Part shown: in pieces, positions 55,265-64,000 of the stretch
Layout: every line of letters starts with the position of its first letter
Position numbering within the stretch: the first letter of the stretch is position 1
Assembly (NCBI GenBank): GCA_964016885.1
Contig: OZ024742.1
Span: 229,400,001 to 229,464,000 of the forward strand
Origin: Eledone cirrhosa
Taxonomy: Eukaryota
Direction of reading: 5' to 3'
DNA length: 64,000 nucleotides
Translations under genes and position numbers: made by a program
Notes under the pieces: generated by a model
Told to the model about the DNA's origin: nothing
The model's database searches: none
Seen by the model: the letters and a program-made list of their open reading frames with translations, nothing else

Positions 55265-56495
55265 CGTGGGAAAGTAAAAAATCGGAGAATAGACCGTTAA
55301 AACATGTTTATTTAAAATATCACCTACGTACGTTTCGCCCAGTTGGGCTTCTCAAGGGCATAAATAATCACAACTGTTCCTTATATTCCTCGGAAAGAGT
55401 TTTTGGGTTAAATCCACATCAAGGTTCATTGCTCGCAAAAATATCTTGTTTTGATTTTGCAGCAGGTCAAGGGAGGTAACTCTGGCCGGTGTTAGGGCAG
55501 TCTTTCCCGGACAAATTTTTTTCTTTTTTTTTTTTGCCGCATCCGTTTGTCTGAGGCTGGGTCTGGTATGCAAGGATTGTTTACTGGGTGTTATTTTGCA
55601 GCGCCTGCCCGCCGGGGTGTTAAGACTTGTTGCAGGGAGATCCAGTGTACTATTTCACTCTTCATCCTTAACCCATCTGAAGAAGGATATTTTTAAGCGA
55701 TGTGTACAACTTATCGCTGTTTCAGCTCTGCTGTTGATGAGCTCGTGGGGTGCAGTTATGATGTGGTAGAGCTCCATGAGGCAAAGATCGCATTTCCTCT
55801 TGAAGTTGTACGGTGTAGCCCTGCCGACAATCTCCCAGTGCGTGGAGAAGCTGATGTTTAAGTCCTTTAGTGATGTGATGTAGTCCGCGAGCGAAGTGGA
55901 GTGCCTAAGTTTTCTATTTGTGAAAGAGTGGAGATGTGTTCGAAACCTAATTTTGAACGGGCCGGAGGTGGCCCCTATATAATGTTTAACGCTATTGTGG
56001 CTAGTAATAGTGCATCTATATATAACCCTATCAGTCAAGCAGTATCCTCTAAGGGGGCAGCGTCCTCTGTCGTGGCAGTTGCAATTTCTGTCGCGGTTCC
56101 GTCTATTTCCCACGGTAAGGCTATCATTGTTGCTGCGTACGTTGTTACCTACGCTACCGCAGCTGTCGTTAGCACAATTACAACCCACAGCACGCGGGGT
56201 GGTGCGATTGTTATTCCGCACGTCATGTCCTGCATGTTCCCCAGTCATTTCGCGGTCATTCTGGTTGCGTCTGCGGATGCCGTTGCCAACACTATTGGAT
56301 GCTGCCAGGGAGTTGTTAAGGCCGATATAGTTATTGTCAGGTGTAGGTGCGTCTGTGTCGAGGTGCTGTGTCTTGGTGATCTTACTGTGGTTCGTTGTTC
56401 CTATGATGTCTGCTAGGTTAGGAGTAGTAGAGAAGGATATTTTTATATTGTTCCTATTAAGAATTTTTCTATACCTATGGTTGGGCGGGAAGTTA
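55265..56495 (-). mobile_element. Naiad-like PLE, 5'-truncated; open linker + GIY-YIG frame 55655-56495
   Basis: [79 protein letters not shown]. Confidence 0.88.
55322..55359 (-). ncRNA. Minimal hammerhead (variant core UUGAGAA)
   Basis: CC-TTGAGAA-GCCC aact GGGC-GAAAC GTAC GTA-GG. Confidence 0.7.
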
Positions 56496-56666
56496 TATAT
56501 ATATATACACTCATACATACACACACATATATACACATATATATGTATATATATATACACATATACACATACATATACACATACATTCATACGCACATAA
56601 ATATCAACATATCCATACATACACATACATATATACAACCACACACACACATATACACACATATGT

Positions 56667-56705
<39 letters not shown>

Positions 56706-56708
56706 AAT

Positions 56709-56783
<75 letters not shown>

Positions 56784-57362
56784 TATGCATACACATACAC
56801 ATACATAGCCATACACACATACATATACATACATACAAACACACAATCATACCTATATACACACGTACATACATACACATACATAAATGCATACATATGC
56901 ATGTACAAAAATAGAAAAATTTACACACATCTCTACATATTCACACACGCAAATAAATATAAGAAAAAATATATATAAAAAAATATATATAAAAAATAAA
57001 ATAATAAAATAATATATACATATGTGTGTATATGTGTGTATGTGGTTGTATATATGTATGTGTATGTATGGATGTGTTGATATTTATGTGCGTATGTATG
57101 TGTATATGTATGTGTATGTGTATTTATATACACATATATATGTGTATATGTGTGTGTGTATGTATGAGTGTATGTATATATATATATATATATATATTTG
57201 TGTGTGTATGCATGCTTGTTTGGGTGTGTGTGTGTGTGTGTGTGTGTTTGCATGTGTGTTTTTATTTTATTTTTCCTTTCCTTCTTCTTTCTCCAACCTC
57301 ACTTTCATATAGATTGCATTTTTGTTTTTAAAATCCAAATTCAATAAACAGACCAGGATTTT

Positions 57363-57420
57363 TTCATTCTGATGATTGAAAGCAACATTTTTTGCTTTTA
57401 AGAAACCACTGGTAAATGGA
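57363..57420 (+). ncRNA. Type I hammerhead in microsatellite-rich pLTR-like segment (~56500-57508, which has an internal inverted repeat)
   Basis: TTCATT-CTGATGA-TTGAAAGCAA..TTGCTTTTAA-GAAACC act GGTA-AATGGA. Confidence 0.8.
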
Positions 57421-57513
57421 ATAATTGCCTTATGTTGTTTATTACATAACTATTAAGCTCTGTTACTTACATAGAGCACTCTTTTTTCCTGGACCTTTCC
57501 GACGGAATTACTT

Positions 57514-57551
<38 letters not shown>

Positions 57552-57630
57552 CACACACACACACACACACAGATATATATATATACACATATGTATATAC
57601 ACATATATATATATACACATATATATATAT

Positions 57631-58177
57631 AATATATTAACAAATGGAAACTATATTTATAAAACCATATTTATTTTATTATACAGATTTCAAGGGCCAC
57701 CAAGGCAAATTATGGTGCGCTTTCATCAGATAAAATACATTTCATCAGATAGAATACATTTTTTTCTTTCTTTTTTCACTCTCTCTCACATATCACCTTC
57801 TTCCAACAGTTTAATTTAAATAAACCGTTATCTTTTCAACATTTCGGACACTCATTTGCATACTCAATCATGATTTTCTATCAGCCTCAATAAATGTAAT
57901 ATATCCAGGAAGCTCCAACCGTTAAGGTTGTCTTTTTTTCAGGGTATGTCAATATTTATTAATAAAACAAATCTGCATTGCATTTTATCTGATGAAAGCG
58001 CACCATAATTTGCCTTGGTGGCCCTTGAAATATGTATAATAAAATAAATATGGTTTTATAAGTATAGTTTCCATTTGTTAATATATTGTATATTTACTCC
58101 ACTAAATTGTTGAGTGCTTTATATCAGTTATAAAAATGTTTAAGCTTGTTGAATCCCAACAAATTAAATATAACCTC

Positions 58178-58180
<3 letters not shown>
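57631..58180. mobile_element. Inverted HHR element (arms 57631-57740 / 57980-58087, tail to 58180)
   Basis: HHR 57983-58044(+) TTTTAT-CTGATGA-AAGcGCACCA..TGGTGgCCCTT-GAAAT atgt ATA-ATAAAA and mirror 57674-57735(-). Confidence 0.85.
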
Positions 58181-58236
<56 letters not shown>

Positions 58237-58441
58237 GTGTATATATATATGTGTATATATATATATGTGTGTATATATATATATGTGTATATATATATAT
58301 GTGTATATATATATATATGTGTATATATATATGTGTATATATATATATATGTGTATATATATATGTGTATATATATGTGTATATATATATGTTTATATGT
58401 ATATATATGTGTATATGTATATATATATATGTATATATGTA

Positions 58442-58540
<99 letters not shown>

Positions 58541-58582
58541 ATATATATGTATATATGTATATATATATATATGTATATGTAT

Positions 58583-58626
<44 letters not shown>

Positions 58627-58656
58627 GTATATGTATATATATATAGTTATATATGT

Positions 58657-58739
<83 letters not shown>

Positions 58740-58759
58740 CGTGTGTGTGTCAGCTCAAC

Positions 58760-59035
58760 TGAGCTCCTGAAAAAACTTCTGATCAACGACCTCGAATATG
58801 TGCTTCACACGAGACGCATGCACTGGTAAGGCCATATCGAGCGCAGTGAGTGCTAGATCAGCAGAGTGGTGAAAGTCGATCCAGGAGGCAGTAGAGGCCC
58901 AGTAAGACCAAAAAGTACTTTCATGGAGGACGTCCGTTAGGATCGAGCTAGGCTTGGGCTAGCCCAAGTGGGACCGTTGGAGAGAAACGCATGAAACAGG
59001 ACGTTGCGAAGCGCTGTCAGCCAAGACCCACTCTT
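58760..59035 (+). mobile_element. Degenerate RTE-like LINE C-terminal fragment
   Basis: RRMHW*GHIER..GSRGPVRPKST resembles RRLRWxGHVxR..GxRxxGRPK. Confidence 0.55.
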
Positions 59036-59200
59036 ACTTAAGGAATAATTGTGTCCTGCATAATAAAAAGCTGGATGATGATGATATAAATATATATATA
59101 TATATATAGTAATAATAATAAAATTGAAGACTAAAATCCAAAGAGGGCTCGATAAGGGTGAAACCAGCGATTCTTTGCTTAAACTTTAATCTGTTATTTA

Positions 59201-59265
<65 letters not shown>

Positions 59266-59377
59266 CGTAGGTCCCGGGTTGAGTCGGGGATAACCACAGT
59301 AAGTAAGGTACTCAGTAAGTAAGGTGCTTCCTGAAGATTTCATCTGAATGAAACAGTACTAGTCCTGTAGAAGCTCC

Positions 59378-59381
<4 letters not shown>
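59266..59381. mobile_element. Mini HHR element: inverted tail joined to forward HHR (59326-59374)
   Basis: GCTTC-CTGAAGA-tTTC atct GAAt-GAAA CAG tactagtc CTG TA-GAAGC; the left part is the reverse complement of the 32746-32786 tail. Confidence 0.8.
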
Positions 59382-59455
<74 letters not shown>

Positions 59456-59883
59456 TCCCATGTGTGCCTGTGTGGATTTATGTATGTGTATGTGTGCGTG
59501 AGTTTCAGTGTGAATCCGTCTGTGTATATGTTTGTGTATACACAATGTAATTCACTCATCTATTTAATTATATGTTTTCTAGATATAACGATAACTATCA
59601 AACATTATCCGAGCTACAATTTCTTAAAGATTATAATATATTAAACATTCAGTTATTAACGTTAAATCTTATTATTGGAAGCTTCTGATAAGGACTCAAT
59701 TATGATGTGGAAGCAATGTGTTTGAATCGGGAAACAATAACTGAATTGATATCAATGTAGATTTCCATTATTTCTTTACAATAAAGCACCAATAACGTAC
59801 TGGGGTCGATTGATTCCACTCACCCCCCCAAAAAAATTACTGGCCTTGTGCCTCTACTAGAAATCATTATTTCTTTACAGGCA

Positions 59884-60083
59884 TGGGCGGTGGATTGGCA
59901 GACATAAAGCGTTGCAGCATAAAATTTCGGTCCTTTACGTTCTGAGTTCAAATCCCGCCGAGGTTAACTTTGCCTTTCATCCTTTCAGGGTCGATAAAAT
60001 AAAGCACCAGTAACGCACTGGGGTCGATTTAATCGAGTTTCCCCTCCCCCCAAATTACTGGCCTTGTGCCTATAGTAGAAATA
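59884..60083 (+). mobile_element. tRNA-derived SINE copy with TSD (older 3' fragment at ~59780-59865)
   Basis: Family homology; ATTATTTCTTTACAGGCA on both sides. Confidence 0.8.
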
Positions 60084-60113
60084 ATTATTTCTTTACAGGC
60101 AACCAAAGAAGAA

Positions 60114-60225
60114 TGAACGGTAAACCACTGCTCGCAACAGAGTTCATTAGTTGAACGGTAAACCACTGCTCGCAACAGAGTTTATGTGTTGAACGGTAAA
60201 CCACTGCTCGCAACAGAGTCTATGA
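60114..60225. repeat. Three ~38-bp tandem units
   Basis: TGAACGGTAAACCACTGCTCGCAACAGAGT x3. Confidence 0.85.
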
Positions 60226-60624
60226 GTTGTATGAAATGGAAATGGAAATTGCCTAGTTAACACCTTCATGGACCTTCCGGTATCAACTTTGGTGCTGTCT
60301 GCGAAGTGTCTCTGTATATATGCCTACGCATGTCTCTTTGTGAATGTGTCTGTGTGTGTGTGTGTATATATATAATGTCTATGAGATTAGTATTGGCGTT
60401 CACGAGAATAAGTACCTAATACCGATGTAGAGATTAATATTTACTTTATTAAGTTTCTTGCCTGATGATCTTGTCAGTACTCAGAAACACTCAGAGTAAC
60501 ATGTCTCATTGAAGATATCTAGAGAATACTCATTTTACAGAAACACAGTAGCTATGTTGTAAGAAAATGAATGTATCAATATATTTTCATGTAATCAATT
60601 CAGTTTTATTATTAGGGTCGTGGA

Positions 60625-61060
60625 GGGCGGTGGGTTTGGCAGTATCGGTAGAGGGTCGGACGCCATGCTTTTCAGCATAGAGTTACGGCCCTTTATGATC
60701 TGAGTTCAGATTCCGCTGAGGTAATCTTTGCCTTTCATCCTTACGGGGTCGATAAAATAAAGTACCAGTCACGCACTGAGGTCGATTTTAATCGGCTTTC
60801 CCCTCCGCCAGAATTGTTGGCCTATATAAGAAACCATTATTAGGGTCGTGGATTGACAGTGTCAGTAGAACGTCGGACACTATGCTTCGCGACAAGGAGT
60901 TACGACCATTTACGGTCTGAGTTCAAATACCCGCGAGGTTAGCTTTGCCTTTTCTCCTTACGGAGTCGATAAATAAAGCAGCAGTAAACACTGGGTCAAT
61001 TTAATCGACCCCCCCCCCCCCCCCTTCAAATTACTGGCTTGTGCCTATAGTAGAAACAAT
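60625..61060 (+). mobile_element. Two nested/tandem SINE copies (60625-60835 inserted at the head of ~60848-61060)
   Basis: TSD ATTATTAGGGTCGTGGA flanks the first copy; both carry the B box and GTCGATAAA core. Confidence 0.8.
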
Positions 61061-62604
61061 TATTAGTTAAATATCTTATCACATCAAAATTTAGTTATTC
61101 AATTGTCAAAGATCCTTCGTCACACATTTTTTTATCCTCTCAATGTCTTTTCTTTCTCCTATCTTTCCTCTTCGATTTCATATTGTTCTACGTACTGGAT
61201 AGAGAAATGGATTGGTTATCTAACTAAAATAAAGCTGAAGTAAAACTCATCTGCAGCGTGCTTATTTACAGACAGCAGAGTCCACCCAATTTATAACAAT
61301 ACCTGTTTCAACTCCCGATTCCATGTGAAGAATCTTCTGATACTCACACAAAAACAAACTATCTATCTATCATCTCTCTCTGTCTCTCTCTCTCCCTCCC
61401 CCTCTCTCTCTCCCTCTTTCTCTCATATATATATAAATATATATGGAGGATGTTTTTCCGCGTCTGTGTTTACGTTTGCTGTGTGTGTCTGTAATATAGT
61501 GGGCCGATAAGTCAAGACACGCACCAGATTTTATTTTCTAAAATAAATTTGCCTGCGTCGAAATGATCTCCCGAAATTAATGCCCCAACATAGCCGCACT
61601 CTTATTATAATCACGGAAACTAACAAAATAATAAAATAAAATAATTTTTTTTCAGAATTGATGGATAATAGCGTCGTTAGTTCAGATTTCCGACGGGACA
61701 CTCATTGGTTCACTGCCAGATTTGGGGAGATTAATTTCATTGAGAATTCACAACATCATCAATCTAAATTGAACATCTCTTATGAAGCTAAGCCGTCAAG
61801 TCTGCTAAATAGAAATCAATATTAAGGTTAATAACAGTAATGTAAGTAACACGTACATATCCAATATCCACCAGAAGTCAATTCAACTTTTGTTCTAAAA
61901 CAATGAAACATCTTGTTACTTGGCTTTTTAATATTTGAAATCAATATATTATTGCTGTAAGTGTTTAGGACAGCACAAGCCAACAGACAGTACTGGAATT
62001 GACTTTCGTCGGTTTCGACGAAGAGTGTTCCTGCTGTTCTATCAACAGAACTGCCTTCTCGTAAACTTAACAAGCAAGTGCTTAATTGAACATTCCACAG
62101 ACATACAGACACTTAATATAATTCTTAATTATTAAAGTTCTAGGTGTTTCATCAACGGAATTAGCTGATCGTGATCCTAACCTGAAAAGGGTTGGTCGAA
62201 CATTCCACACACAGATATACTCTTACTATAATTTTCAGCGACATTCCAGGGTGGACTGAGATAACATAATAAATCTTGCTCAACCAGGAATACCCTAACC
62301 ACGAAGTTACACGCCACGACGTCTATTTCGTAATTTGAAAATTATTAACTATCTCTGTCTTGAGTTCAAACCGTGGGGCAGCCAAATGTCATAGATCTGA
62401 AATTGACGGAATAAATATAGTTTGGAGTGGAAGAGGTTTTTTTAACCTGAAAGATCTGTCTCCAGAGACTGGTGATATTTTGCCAGACTTAGAAATCTAT
62501 ATTGGTTTAATCTGAAGATGTTGCTATATACATACATACATACGTGCATACATCAATATTCCCAAACATATATGTAGGTATATATAGTATATATAGATAC
62601 ATAC

Positions 62605-62646
<42 letters not shown>

Positions 62647-63599
62647 TGTCCTGCACTACATAGGTAAATAGCACTTTTTGCCGATTTGAGACGCCAAGTC
62701 CATTTAATATATCTAGTTATTTTGAATGGCACTTCCATTACAATTGAATTAAAAAGTTTTAGCATGAGTTCAAGAGGTGAAAGCTAGCAACTCAACTACG
62801 TCTGAAAATTACTTTCTGCCCTGGGGTGAAATGTCTTAATATTTACGTTATTCAACTTCTTCATCATATGTTTATATGACCCAATCTGTTGAGGAAGAGA
62901 GAGGGAGAGTGTGTGTAAGTGTTTGTGTGTGAGAGAGAGAGTGTGTGTGTGTGACAGAGACAGAAAAGGGAACCATAGTAGTGGCCTGGTACTTTATTTG
63001 TCGACATCGAAAAGATGGAAAGCAAATTTGAATTCAGAGTACTGTGTTTCTAAATAAATACTGAGCCATTTTAAATCCGCAGCCCCAACGACTCAGTCAA
63101 TTCTTCGCCTTCGTTTATGCCTAGAAAACACCAAGCCCACTACATTGACTAAGTTAAGACTAGTTATTACCAACCTGGTTATATATTACATCCCTCCTGT
63201 TATCTCAAGGTTATGGCAATCTTGGCACTCGTTCTGGTGACAGTTTGATTGTAAGGTCTAGTGACATTGGACTAGTCGTAGAGGAACAATAATAAGATCA
63301 TCAAAAGAGGTATGACTGTGGCCCAGAGATAAAGCCCCCCAGCCATGTTTCACTGGTGATAAACTCGAGGAATTAGCCAGGCTCAATTGTACTATGCAAA
63401 TACATACACAATTGCATACATATTAATATATATTTATACCTGTTGATTACACTCATATTAACATACTATGGAAATTTGCCTACATGAAAACACACAAACC
63501 CTCATTGTACCTCTGTCTATATAAGATAATCTGTGTATAAAAATGCATAACTATAACTACATTATTAATTATTGAAAATATTATTAATCAGGCCAACTG

Positions 63600-64000
63600 C
63601 TAAGGTAATCTGCAGGTCCATCACGCCTGAACTATTCGAGGGGCTCAGCCCGGTGCAACTAGGGGTCAGTGTGTCCAGTTAGTCTGAGGGGGCCGCTCGT
63701 GCAGCTAGACAGTTCTTCAACAGCTGCCCACTGGAACCGCCACGCGGGACGCCAGACACCTCATTGCCAAGCTTGACATGAAGAATGCCATGAAGTACCG
63801 ACGGCCTGACCTGCCTCGGGAGAGTCCCCGCTGTCTACCCGCTGGTCTACCTGTGGTATGGAGCTCTGAGCATGCTTCTTGCTGACACAGTCCTACCATC
63901 AGCCACTGGTGTTCAACAGAGTGACCCTTCTCTTTGCTCTCAGGATAGATCACATTTCTAGAAGCATCATGACCCCTTTCAGCGTTAGTTACCTGGATGA
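63600..64000 (+). pseudogene. Degenerate CRE-clade non-LTR RT fragment (runs off the window)
   Basis: PVQLGVSV..EGAARAARQF..IAKLDMKNA; TGVQQSDP; YLD at the window end. Confidence 0.65.

Noticed and set aside
60114-60225. CRISPR-like repeats
   Set aside because: Spacers are only about 8 bp and similar to each other, the context is eukaryotic, and there are no cas genes. It is a simple minisatellite.
60459-60502. CTGATGA..GAAAC motif
   Set aside because: No convincing stem I or stem II.
61857-61894. Possible 38-bp host exon on the minus strand (ttttag / gtacgt)
   Set aside because: Splice-like signals only; no recognisable product or partner exons.

Overview
Eukaryotic (animal) intergenic or intronic DNA that is AT-rich and saturated with (TA)n, (CA)n and (TACA)n microsatellites. 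The SINE family and repeat style resemble coleoid cephalopod (octopus-like) genomes; this is an inference. No host protein-coding gene can be supported, and most ORF-track entries are microsatellite artefacts. The real coding remnants are retroelements and transposons: one Neptune-like and four Naiad-like Penelope-like elements (PLEs; RT and/or GIY-YIG), Tx1/L1-clade LINEs, RTE and CRE fragments, and mariner relics. There are also about 10 tRNA-derived SINE copies and a 6-kb block of 9/54/51-bp satellites. The main hidden signal, found by manual reading, is roughly 28 type I hammerhead ribozyme (HHR) motifs in two architectures. (i) Head-to-head inverted insertions in (TA)n with a one-sided tail, ranging from 7.9-kb PLEs down to about 100-bp relics. 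(ii) Three unrelated non-coding direct-repeat families (630, ~471 and ~501 bp units), each with one HHR per unit whose stem III is longer than in the minimal PLE motifs; these are candidate large retrozymes or circular-RNA replicons. A tRNA-containing structured element shows both architectures. All structures and coordinates were read by eye and need computational confirmation.
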